From contig NIVC01000825.1 of the NCBI GenBank assembly GCA_002269645.1, positions 248,001-312,000 of the forward strand: a stretch of DNA of 64,000 nucleotides. The letters run 5' to 3'. Position numbers and translations under genes: made by a program. This document shows positions 46,301 through 57,950 of the stretch, piece by piece (the stretch's first letter is position 1; each line of letters begins with the position of its first letter). This DNA is from Macrostomum lignano. Lineage: Eukaryota. The notes under the pieces were generated by a model. The model did no database searches. It saw only the letters and a list, made by a program, of their open reading frames with translations, and had not been told where the DNA came from.

Positions 46301-47303
46301 CCTCCCAGATTCTCAGGTTAAGACTGACCTCCCAGATTCTCAGGTTAAGACTGACCTCCCAGATCCTCAGGTTAAGACTAACCTCCCAGATCCTCAGGTT
46401 AAGACTAACCTCCCAGATCCTCAGGTTAAGACTAACCTCCCAGATCCTCAGGTTAAGACTAACCTCCCAGATCCTCAGGTTAAGACTAACCTCCCAGATC
46501 CTCAGGTTAAGACTAACCTCCCAGATTCTCAGGTTAAGACTAACCTCCCAGATTCTCAGGTTAAGACTGACCTCCAAGATCCTCAGGTTAAGACTAACCT
46601 CCCAGATCCTCAGGTTAAGACTAACCTCCCAGATCCTCAGGTTAAGACTAACCTTCCAGATCCTCAGGTTAAGACTAACCTCCCAGATCCTCAGGTTAAG
46701 ACTACCCTCCCAGATCCTCAGGTTAAGCAACCATCCAGAACCTCAGGTTAAGACTAACCTCCCAGATCCTCAGGTTAAGCAACCATCCAGAACCTCAGGT
46801 TAAGACTAACCTCCCAGATCCTCAGGTTAAGCAACCATCCAGAACCTCAGGTTAAGACTAACCTCCCAGATCCTCAGGTTAAGCAACCATCCAGAACCTC
46901 AGGTTAAGACTAACCTCCCAGATCCTCAGGTTAAGCAACCATCCAGAACCTCAGGTTAAGACTACCCTCCCAGATCCTCAGGTTAAGCAACCATCCAGAA
47001 CCTCAGGTTAAGACTAACCTCCCAGATCCTCAGGTTAAGCAACCATCCAGAACCTCAGGTTAAGACTAACCTCCCAGATCCTCAGGTTAAGCAACCATCC
47101 AGAACCTCAGGTTAAGACTAACCTCCCAGATCCTCAGGTTAAGCAACCATCCAGAACCTCAGGTTAAGACTAACCTCCCAGATCCTCAGGTTAAGCAACC
47201 ATCCAGAACCTCAGGTTAAGACTAACCTCCCAGATCCTCAGGTTAAGCAACCATCCAGAACCTCAGGTTAAGACTAATCTTCCGGATCATCAGGTTAAGC
47301 AAC
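43304..47303. repeat. 27-bp satellite array (~4 kb), ending in a 52-bp dimer
   Basis: Monomer CCTCCCAGATCCTCAGGTTAAGACTAA. From ~46725 it alternates with the 25-bp GCAACCATCCAGAACCTCAGGTTAA. Confidence 0.99.
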
Positions 47304-47344
47304 TACCCGTTCATACCCTCATATTAACCGATTTGAGTTTGCCG

Positions 47345-47610
47345 ATGTGCATCGGCGCCCGCAGCCTCCAGACTCCGACATCATTGGACGCGTCCGATTT
47401 GGACAGCTACGTCGAAGGCCCTGTCATTGTCGCCGGCTTAGCCGTTCAGCTGGCGACGTGGCTTCTATCAGCACCGCATCAAGCAGTGAGAACGGCGGCT
47501 ACTGCTGCGATTGCTTCGACTTGAAGCGGTGCGTTGCCCGACTTGGCAATGACCTGCTGACACTGCATCGGCTGGCTGATGGCGGCGAGTTGAATCTGGC
47601 GAGTGATTAA
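47345..47610 (+). other. Possible upstream exon of the PH-domain gene, frame unresolved
   Basis: GC-rich island with two overlapping open frames, a CCCGCAG acceptor at 47364 and candidate donors GTGAGA and GTGATT. I could not fix a single frame. Confidence 0.35.
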
Positions 47611-47696
47611 TTATGTGTGCCTTTAGGAATCTTAAGAGGCTTAAGAATCTTGATCAGTTTTCGTTTCCTTATGCGTTTTAGTTTTTTTTTGAACAC

Positions 47697-48005
47697 AATA
47701 ATAATAATTGATTACACCTGCCCTAATGTAATGAGCTAAATGTGCAACCGACAGCTCAGCCGCAGCTATTGCGCGGCGCGTCTGAGGACTGCATACGGCT
47801 GTTCGGCCCAGGGACTGGGGGGTCGCGAGGTCGCCACACGCACCCTCAATTACCCCAAGCTAATGCTGGCACTCATTTTACGGCTGGGTGAACTGAAGCA
47901 ATGCAGAGTTAATTGTCTTGCTCATCCTTCCAGATTGTTCCAAATATAGGTCTAGAATCGAACCCCCGACCTTCCAGTCGTGAGTCGGACGCCCTAACCA
48001 CTAGG
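47697..48005 (-). mobile_element. tRNA-derived CORE-SINE, copy 2, with the most complete head
   Basis: Minus strand TAGTGGTTAGGGCGTCCGACTCACGACTGGAAGGTCGGGGGTTCGATTC (A and B boxes; CAC anticodon-like loop), CORE block, and the same 3' body and tail as copy 1. Confidence 0.85.
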
Positions 48006-48667
48006 AGTTAAACGTTCAAAACTCCCAATATCTCACCTTCTGGACTTTCCAATAGTACATTAATACGCACGCTTTAAGGGCGTTAATGGGAAAATCAGAG
48101 GGCGCCGTTGGGTATTACTATTATTGTGCCATAGACATTAGTGTCCTTGACAAATTGGGACAGAATAATCGGTTGTTAAATGTCATTAACTGCCCGCTAA
48201 TTTGCATTAAAGTAAGTTTAAAGCATTAAAGTCCTGCAAGCAGGCTTAGATGTAGTCTATGGCATTAAAAGGCAAGAATAAGTGCCCAGCGGACACAAAG
48301 GTCATGGTACAATACCAAATAAAGCAATTGTGTGTTTCGGCCAACGTTGCAAATTTATCAATCTGATTGTTTTCATTCATTTTATCAATTAACTTTGTCT
48401 ATGGCAATACCCCAGCAAAAAAGCAAAAAATCTTTCCACAATCCATTTAGAAAATGCCACAAGTATTTCCACACTGTCGAAGCGCATGCTTGCTTTCGCA
48501 TTTGAAATTCTGAAGTTCAGAAGTTGAGATATTGGAAATTTAGTGCTAGAGAAACTGAAAACTTTCTATCTTGCCAATCCATGTAGACTGCGCTTAACAA
48601 AAAATATGTACCTTAAACTACTGAACCCTTCGCAATCTAGGAAATCTAGGGAATGTGCCCAGTGTTT

Positions 48668-49890
48668 AGAGAGTCGGACTCAACTTGAAGGTAGGGGGTT
48701 CGATTCCTGACCTCGTTGGAATAATTTATGTCCTTGAGCAGTACACTTAACAACTCTGCATTGCTTCAGTTCAGCCAGCTGTAAAATGGGTGCCAGCTGG
48801 GGGGGGGGGTAATTGAGGGTGTGTCTGGCGACTCCCCTTTGACTTGACTCAGCTGCAGGGGGCTCCGTGCGTCCGGGTGCATCGAGGAGGCGTGGCTCCC
48901 ATTTCGCTAACCCCTGGCGACCAAGGGCAGCTAGTGCTGCGGTGTCGCGTAGGGAGTTCCGGTGGTGCCGGTGTTCGCAGCGCGGTCCCCCTCCGGAGAG
49001 TCCAGGAGGTGGATTGTCGCTCGCCCGGTAGCCCTTAGGTTCCTGAAAGTTCCTGAAAACATCGGTGAGGTCCAGGTGGGGGCTGAGCTAGGTGAGCCTG
49101 TCCTGAGTAAAGGCGGGGCATTCACAGATAGTGTTCCGCATTCTCGACACCGGAGAGGCGGAATGGGCATTCCTCGCTACGGATTTTCCCTGTGGTTGGT
49201 GATGCCTGGCAAAGCAGCCATGACCCAAGATGGCCATGGTCATCGCCCTGATGTCCCTGCGGTTGAGTCCAAGCAGGGCCCTGCGCATGGCAGAGGAAGG
49301 ACAGGGGACAGCCGCACAAGATTGCCGGCAGTCGGGGGCGTTAGCCCACCTCTCCCTGTGCTTTGAAGCCACCCACTGGTTGATCCGAGTGGTTAAAAGT
49401 GGTGAAATGTATGGCAGGGGACCAGTAAAAGAACCGGTCGAGCCAGGCTTGGTCAGGCGATCGGCCAACTCGTTGCCGGGGTGGTCCGAGTGCCCGGGGA
49501 TCTACCTTAGGGACAGCTTGTTAGAGGCAAGGCGCCTAAGCGGTTGAGCTTCCCGATGCAGTCGAGGACTGTACGCGAGCAGGTGGTGTTGCGCTCAAGG
49601 CCGTATATCGCCGCTTGACTGTTTGAGTGGAGGGTAATCTCGCGCTGATTGTACAGCTCCATGGTGCGGGAGCTGATGGCGAGAACTTCGTTCTGGAAGA
49701 CGGTAGAGCAGGTGCCGGTGTGCTGGGAGAAAGTCGCCACTGTTCTCCCCCCAGACACGATGGCGACCCCCCAGTCCTTGGACCGAGCAGCCGTACGCAG
49801 CCTTCAGATGCGCCGCGCAATAGCTGCAGCTGAGCTGTCGGTTGCACATCTGGCCATTAGGGCAGGTGTAATCAATAATTATTATTATGT
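48668..49890 (+). mobile_element. CORE-SINE copy 3, split by a LINE fragment
   Basis: The 5' half (48668-48837) and 3' half (49761-49890) match copies 1 and 2. Confidence 0.85.
48838..49760 (-). mobile_element. 5'-truncated non-LTR retrotransposon (RNase H-bearing, I-group/LOA-like) 3' end
   Basis: TVFQNEVLAI...ITLHSNSQAAI...[16 protein letters not shown] (RNase H) and a C-terminal ICECPAF. Flanked by TGGCGAC(T/C)CCCC, a 12-bp TSD with one mismatch. Confidence 0.88.
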
Positions 49891-49986
49891 GCGAGATTGT
49901 TAGTGCTAATATATTTTATGTACAATTTTACCATTTTTGCATCTATGTAAAAGTTCTAGTTAAATGTTTATCAAATTGCATTTCAG

Positions 49987-50881
49987 GCCAATCTGACAGA
50001 AGAGACTCTGATTGACAGGTTTATAATCCACCGCATGCTAAATGTAAGTTTTATGACATGTTGCAATAAAGATTATTAAAGAACCGTGACTTCTCTACCA
50101 ATTTCATTTGAATCCTCACCGCATTGCCTTCCCAGGTGTCAATGGCTAAGAAGAAGTGCAACCTGATTGGTGAGAAATTCAAAATCAAGAATAAAAAAAC
50201 TCTATCTAAGCTGTTTATTGCTTAATCTGCTGTATCTGGGCTGTTTATGGGATAATCTGCTGTATCTGGGCTGTTTATGGGATAATCTGCTGTATCTGGG
50301 CTGTTTATGGGATAATCTGCTGTATCTGGGCTGTTTATGGGATAATCTGCTGTATCTGGGCTGTTTATGGGATAAATCTGCTGTATCTGGGCTGTTTATG
50401 GGATAATCTGCTGTATCTGGGCTGTTTATGGGATAATCTGCTGTATAACCCGCAGTGTTTAACTACAGCGGCCAGCAGTACGCGATGTCCTACAAGCTCA
50501 GCGAGTCCAGCGCCCCGAGTGTCAACTGGTGGCTGCTGTTGGCACCACAGCAGCAGCCGCTGATGCCGGCCGGCAACTCGCTACGCCAGTGCGGCACCGT
50601 CTGCGGCGACGGGCACGCCAGTCTCTGGCGCTCGGCGTCAGCGCTTGACCTGCTGAAATCGGCCATTGGATTTCCGGCCGACAATTCGACGGCTGCCACT
50701 GCCAGCTTTCTGGCCGGCAAGCGGCCGCTGCGCTCCGCTCGGGTGCTGAAGCGGGGCCGGCGGCTTCGCGGCATCTGGCGGCGCAAACTGCTGCTGGTTA
50801 CCGAGGACTGCCTTGGGTACTGCTCTGAGGATCGGCGTGCCCTGTCTGTGAGTTCTGTCCCTGACTGTCTGTGTCTGTGTG

Positions 50882-50927
<46 letters not shown>

Positions 50928-51253
50928 GAACCATTCTACCACAACCATTGACGATCAAAAGCACCATTAAATCGCAGGTGTCTGGCGTATCCGTTCCATT
51001 GCACAGGCTGGCTGCCGCCTACCTTGTCCCGAAAGAGTGAGTTTCAATTTTGTACAACCGGATAGATTTTGCATTTGCACATTATTTTAGATTTAAATTA
51101 AAATTAAAAAAATATTTTAGGCGAACAGACGAGTTGCGAATCACTAGCGCGTGCCTAGAAACCAATCTGGCCTTCAAATTTGCTACTCCAGATGAAGCTT
51201 GCAGCTGGCTGGCACTGCTTAACGATCTGATTATGCGCCAGTCTAAAACTTGA
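49987..51253 (+). CDS. PH-domain protein, 3' exons (5' end unresolved)
   Basis: Exons 49987-50043, 50136-50169, 50456-50847, 50978-51036 and 51121-51253 splice in frame via GT-AG introns. VLKRGRRLRGIWRRKLLLVTEDCLGY (PH beta1-3) and FKFATPDEACSWLALLN (PH terminal helix with Trp). Confidence 0.78.
50200..50446. repeat. 30-bp minisatellite x8 filling an intron of the PH gene
   Basis: ATAATCTGCTGTATCTGGGCTGTTTATGGG; it ends 9 nt before the acceptor. Confidence 0.97.
50864..50926. repeat. (TGTC)n microsatellite in an intron
   Basis: Direct reading. Confidence 0.95.
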
Positions 51254-53834
51254 GCTGGTTGTTTTATCGAAAGCGACCTCAGTAAACACTTATCTGTTTT
51301 GCATTCCAGAATGTATGCACAAATCGACTCACTTGACTGTGAAATTTTTATGAGCACGGCATTTTAACAAAAGGGTTTTTTATTTCATTGTATTTTATTT
51401 TATTTGTTCTGATATTTTTTCTCTCAAATTCAGCCACTGCACTAGCCAATTCGAACAATTTGGCAATGCCTTCATTTTTATTGCTCCATTTTTGTGGCGC
51501 TTTTTGACATAGCTGGGCTGCTGTGCTATATTGACCACTATCGCTTTTTATTGGTAATCTTTCGGAATTCACAAAATATACTTGTACATATAATATACCT
51601 GTTACTCAGGCAAACAGTTTATTTTCCTCGTGCTGTTATAAATATTGTGAATTGACGAGTCCAGCTTTGGACTACAGTATATTTGAGCCTTGTTTGAAAC
51701 GGAATATGCATATTAGATGTAAATGTATACAAATGAGGAAGCTACAATAACAGGCGGCTCGCTCAGGTTAAACGTCTGATAAAATACCGTCATAACGAGT
51801 TGGGCAAATAGACGTGACTTCTGTTTAGCAATTAATTGATAAAATCACGAGCACTAAATAAATTTTATTTATAAGCTGTGCTTCTACATTATGCGTATAG
51901 CTCTTGGTGTGTGCATTTTTTAGTTCATACCAGTCGCGCGCAACAACCGTGTATCAGGATTCTACTCTCGCAGCTGCTTAAAATTTTACGGAATGACTAA
52001 CGTACATGTACATTCAAGGACCACTTCTGTTATATTCAGTGGTCATTGCATGTATTTACTCTTTATATACAAAGCGTCTATCGTGAATATAGACGTCAAC
52101 AACAAATTAAAAAGAAATACTTTTAAAATTGAAGTCTTAAGTTTTTTGTTAGCCGGTAGTATGTAAAATATATAATGCAAAAACTAAAATCTACTGTATT
52201 ACCGTACACGGATGTCTAATAAGTAAGATAAAATTTAAATGTTATAACAAAAATCTTACTTTTAAGTTAAAATTATACAAAGTAATAAAGCAGCTTATTT
52301 TGCAGTATAAGGATTCTAGTTTTTCTTTGTATTAAGCTAAGTAAGATGTCTGTATTATCTGTCTGGATAATTTGAATTAGAATTTGTTCGTTACCTTTAT
52401 AAGATTTTTACGTCAAGGTCAAGGTCATGTCGAAGTCTATCTCTTATTAAAGGAACTTGTGTTTGTGTTTGCTACATAGTTCATAAAATTATCCAAATCT
52501 TATACTGCCCTTGGTTATAAGCAGCTCTGTCTCTAGCTAGTAAATGAAATTAATGGAAGATTCAAGTAGTGTAAAAAACGATGTCAGCATGGATATAAAT
52601 TCTAGTGATAAAAATAATTTGCGAGCATCCACTTCTTCAGTTTCGAATAGTCTTGGAAATGATCTAAAGTATAGAATCGCAGGTAAATCTTCCCTTAACG
52701 CTCTGTCACATTTTATCTACTTTTGCTAGGCTTCCTTGGCTCAGATTACTACAAGTCACCATAGACCCTACACTACATGGCATGCTTGCCATGCTAGACC
52801 TAGCCTAGCTCAAGATATTTTTGTTGACCAATGAATGCTACGGCCTATGCTTTATTTTCTAATATAATAAATGTCTTTGTAATAATAGAAATTATATTGC
52901 ACCAATCATTTTCAAATAATAAAAATACCATAGACTGCATAGGCCTAGTGTTTTGCTAAGGCCTATAGGCTATAGCAATTAATAGACTGTGTCTAGGCTC
53001 TAGGGGCCTATAGACTTACTCCATTTGGTACTGGCAATCTTCAAGAATCCTTTGCTAAACTCAAATTTGTGCGTAATTTGTGCTAAATTATGGTAGGAAA
53101 CATGTAAACAATGTCTATAAGACAAAAAGCTGCACAGTCAAGTCAAGACAAAAAGCAAGATTCCCAAGAAAATAAAAAAATGAATATCTGTGGTAAACTA
53201 AATTAAATTACTATACTAAAGAGGGGGGCACAAAGAAGCTTCAAATTCTTGCTACTGATAATTATTATTACTAATTAAAAGTTTGATTTTTAACAAAAGT
53301 GCATAAAGTTCATATTTGTTTTTAAAATAGGCCTCTATATAAAAAATTATATAAAAATAATTTCTCTTTTCAGTTTAGTTTTAAATATCTCAAAATCTTG
53401 ATCAAGTCTAAAAATTCAATATTGTCCAACCCCTAGTTTTATTGTCTAACCAACAAATTTTTGCTTTAGAATATTTTCAACCTAACAAACAAAAACTATA
53501 TATTCTTTACAAGTTTAGTAGTAAGCTACAAGATACATAGTGAACAATCAGTTGGCTGGCAACGTATCATTTAATTTGGAACTAGTACTACTAAAATGCA
53601 GGTACCAGTTGTTACAGTGACAAGTCATTTGGTGATAGATGTTTTGGTTATAGATGTAATAATACTTGATATAACTACTTGATATAACAAGTATTGTCAT
53701 TTTAGTGATAAGAGGCGCTTTATAATATTAGCTTGTAGTTACTTTGTGTGCAGGGCAATCTATAATTGTACGAGTAATAATGTTTTCAAATTCGTGCCTA
53801 AACACTAAGTAAATAGTTTGTTATACTGTACAAT

Positions 53835-54560
53835 TTTCTCATAATATTTTACAAATATAATTTTTTGTTTTAAATCTACGAGTAAAAAATGGTATAAATA
53901 GAGGCAATTTTGGCGGAGGAAGAAGCAACCTCGTGCATCGCGGTTCAATAAAACAGTTGATAGCAATTAATAAGAGTTCCGAGAAAATAAGAATTGAAGA
54001 AGTGTTTTCTATATTCATTCCTTTAAGAAGTAAGAGTGAAATAGACAGAGGTGTGTACCATATATACTACTAAGAAGGAAAGTGTTGAGTAGTAAAAAGT
54101 TGTGAAGTAGATCTGAAGTAAGACGTAAGAATAATGGAGGCTGTGACCCTCTGATCTCGGTAACGCCCAAGGACTTGCAAAGTGCATGAAATACATATAC
54201 CAGTAAGCCAAAATACCGCTCAGGCCATTATTAAATAGAACGCTACCAGAATAATAGAACGCTACCAGAATAATCAGAAGAGTAAACCTTTCAGGGCTAA
54301 CAGTTTTTCTAAGAATAATATTCAGAATAATACTCAGACTAATACTCAGACTAAATATTCAGACTAAATCCTCAGATTAAATACTCAGACCTATTCTAAG
54401 AAACATTTTTTTTCAGATTATTGATAAACTCATAATTTATTAATAGAATAATCTTGGTGGCAGCTACCAACCTAAGGAGAACACTTAAGAGAATAGTAAA
54501 TTAGCCCTGTTACAACTTTGGTGGCGATTAGTGGGATAGTTGGAGGACAGAAGCAAGCCC
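53835..54560. repeat. Unclassified dispersed repeat, copy 2
   Basis: Same orientation as 18845-19545; roughly 70% identity by eye. Confidence 0.8.
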
Positions 54561-55599
54561 TAGGACATTTGTTAAGATTTATGTTTTGTACATATATTTA
54601 AAAATTTTCCTTAAAAGATTAATATATTTAAGAAAACAAATAAAACTAATTATTGTTTTTTTTCCTGTATAGATCATTTTGAATTGTCCCAGAGTTTTTA
54701 GACATATACATGTAAACCAGAAACCTATATAAAGAATCCTCATGAAATGCCAACCACAAAAAAGCAGAAATTTATGCTAAATGTTTGGATTGAAAAACAA
54801 TTCAAAAGAACACAACTCTGTAATTGTAAATAAACAAAATTAAAGAAAGCAGAACTTAACCTTTTCTAAAAGTTATAAAACTTTAGGTTCAATATCCCTT
54901 AAGATTTGCAAGTTAATTTTCTGTTTAAAAACAGAATGGCTATCACTATAAGGTTATTTTTCTAATCACTAAAATGAATTTTGCTTGTTACCAAAAGATT
55001 GTCACCAAAACCTTTTGTCACCAAAACAACTAATCTTAGAATGCTTGTCTAGCTAGTGACAGAATTATGCACTTTTAATATTGAGCAAGTAATTAGTATA
55101 TTGATGGTTTGCCTGGATTGCAAAGATTATTACTTGTAATTTTTTATTCATAAATACTTATTCTTTGAGGCCCTAAACTAAGCTCAGCCTAGCATACCTA
55201 GTCTAGCTTCATCTACTAATGGTCAATTGAGGTATAGCTAGGAGAAGCTGATCACTAGGTGCATACAAGCCCACAAATATTCATTTATTGACATTGGTTG
55301 ATTTTATTTATATTCATTGATTACTGAGGACATTATTGAGGACATCTATGTCCAATTATTTATTGACCATCCAATGAAATTGGGAGGCCCTAGTTGAAAG
55401 GTTAAAATAGATAACTCCTATTTTATGCACCAAAAATTTTATCAGAATGCACACTAGCCTGGTCACTAGGCATACATGTGCAACCTCCAAAATTCAGTCA
55501 GCTATGCAACTTAGTTTTAACAAAAAATACGACATAGTTTTTGGCCAAAAAATGTGACCTACATGTAAAAGAAACCCTAAAGCAAATTAATGCAACTTT

Positions 55600-55663
55600 G
55601 GGTAAACGGCAGGAGTAACTATGACTGTCTTATCAAGGCAAAATGCCTCATTATCTACTTAGT
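55600..55663 (+). pseudogene. Degenerate 28S rRNA fragment (H69-H71 region; R2 target region)
   Basis: GGGTAAACGGCAGGAGTAACTATGACTGTCTTATCAAGGCAAAATGCCTCATTATCTACTTAGT versus the conserved GGGTAAACGGCGGGAGTAACTATGACTCTCTTAAGGTAGCCAAATGCCTCGTCATCTAATTAGT. Confidence 0.85.
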
Positions 55664-57950
55664 ATACTTGGGTATTTATTCGGGTGGGAATTTTGAGTTG
55701 AGTTGGCCACCAAATCAGTTGGCCAGATTGGAAGACTCGGCCAACTGTTGCGCATGTATGCCAATGGGTATTAAGAATGATAGAGTGTGACACCCAAAAA
55801 TTCATGATAATATGCTAGTTGAGAATTGAACTATGGCAACATTACTGCCAATTATCATATAGTATGTTGATCTCAGTATTTATATCTTGACAAATTGTTG
55901 GCAAATATACAACCAGCTGCTTAACTATTGGCTACACTTTGTAAACCTGCAAGATGTAACAATTCATAGAAATCTTATTAGAAGCATATAAGCTCATTCC
56001 AAAACTCACTTCATACTATGCATGGCACAAGTGCTATACTCTTCAAGTTGCATCTTGAAGAATTACTCTGATGCAAGATGTATCTACAAAATGCATTTGG
56101 CAATATCATGTATTGGATTGGACTTTATTGTTTCTTATTGTTCCTATTTTTTAAAAGAAATAAGTTTATTTGATTTTTTGAAGCCTTGTATTTTGATAAG
56201 TCTTAAATTGACCTTGAATCTAGACAAACTTGGGTTTTGGTCTAGTTGAGTACTTGACCAAACTTTGGGGGTTCAAGCTAAGTATTTAAGTTAAGTTTTG
56301 TTAAGTAGTGAAATAGGCTTTGTTTTTAGTGAATTTTTTTCCCATAAATGATGGTTCAAAATTACACCATTTTGTTATTCTGTATAAATATTAAAAATAC
56401 TTTGCGTGCTCTGTATATTATATATAGTGTCCAAGTTTTGTTTTAAATAATGAAGGAAATTTTAGTACAACTATAAGGCAGCTGAAGGCTAAGCAAAATA
56501 ATTCATTTTCTTCTCAGTCCTTGCCTTTGAGCTTTTAACTCACTCAACTTACTAAGTTGAAACAAAATCAATTAGGCTCAGGAAGTTTCTTGCATTATTT
56601 ATTTTGAATAGTAGATAGCAACTGCAAAAGCCTTAAGATTGGGAAAATTCAATCCATTCTTAAAGAATAAGATATCCAGATTTAGAATCAGAGAAAATTG
56701 CCTTTGTAGACAGACCACTTACCAGAAGGTGGTCATATTCAAAGATTTTATATATTGCACTAAAGCTAAAATTGAAAACTACATCAGTTAGTGTTTATAA
56801 AAGGGTATAAAAAGTAATTATTCTATAAATTAAATTCTTGCAAACAATATAATAATATATATAAGACCTATATATATTAAAAGTTTTGTCCAAAACTAAA
56901 GCATCTAACTTTCTAGCACATTTAGGCATTACTAGATAGTGAATAGATCACTAATTTTAAGGCTATATTAATATTTAGCCTTACTTGATTCATTTACAAA
57001 ATTCTCAATATTAGACAAATTTTGAAATCTTATACCAATTGAATTATTAACGAAATGCTTATACAAAGCTTCTAAGGTTGAAGCAAATATCATTGAAACA
57101 CTTTATTATACAAAAAAGTGCACTATATTAATGTCATACTACTTTCAATAGTCCATAAAACAACAATAATTATAAAATTGCAGATGTAAAAGTTAGTCAC
57201 TCAATAACAAATTTTGTATTCTATTATTTAGCTTAATAAATATTTAGCATTTTAGAGACTGCAAAAGGTACTCAGGTAAATTGCATTAAGCTTTCCAAAA
57301 ATCGATTATATAAAACAAAAATATATTCTAATTTGGAATAAAGTTTTTATGCAGCCTGTCATCAAGTTTCAAAAATTAATCCTCTTCCCCCACTAATCCT
57401 GCTGTTAGGTCTCCCACCTACACATGTTCGATAATAATTACAACCTACTAATAGCACTAAGAATACTGCATTGCCCTCATGAGATGCAAAGGAGAGGGCA
57501 GCGCAAAATATGGGATGGGTAGTGCTCACTCGGCTTCGCGCTCACTCCCTCTTCTCAGCAATTGGACACTGGGCGCCACTGCCAGCAGCGGGAAGGTGGG
57601 TCGAGAAGGCGAGCTAAATGCTCCAGTGCCGAGAGTAAGAGGAGGCGCCTAGCAGGATGTCTGGACGGGGGGAGGGGGTGAACTCTGGTTAAGAGAGTGA
57701 GGACATCCGCGCCATTCTTCGATTCGTTCGCTCGTTTTGAGGCCGCACGCTTGGTCAAGGCTGCCGCGAGTAGGGTGGGGAAGGCTAGAGGTGTCTGCTT
57801 CTGTTGCCGTGCAAAATTTATGAAGGCAGCTCATTCGCACTGTGCAAGTATAAGATATGTTTCCTTGAGATATGGCGCTGCTAGCAAGATTAGTTTAGAA
57901 CTAATATAAATATATATAGGTGCCAGGAAATTTGACAATCACACAAAACA

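Noticed and set aside
43223-46751. ORFs of EVSLNLRIW, LRLRLTSQI or TDLPDPQVK repeats
   Set aside because: These are by-products of a 27-bp period. They lack true starts and splice context and are broken by variants.
47950-48005. tRNA-Val gene
   Set aside because: The acceptor stem is incomplete and the sequence continues into a CORE-SINE body found three times.
55600-55663. Functional rRNA gene or R2 element
   Set aside because: Only ~64 degenerate nt are present, with no further rDNA and no RT ORF adjacent.
57555-57909. Short ORFs upstream of B55
   Set aside because: No recognisable motif or splice chain; more likely promoter or 5' UTR sequence.
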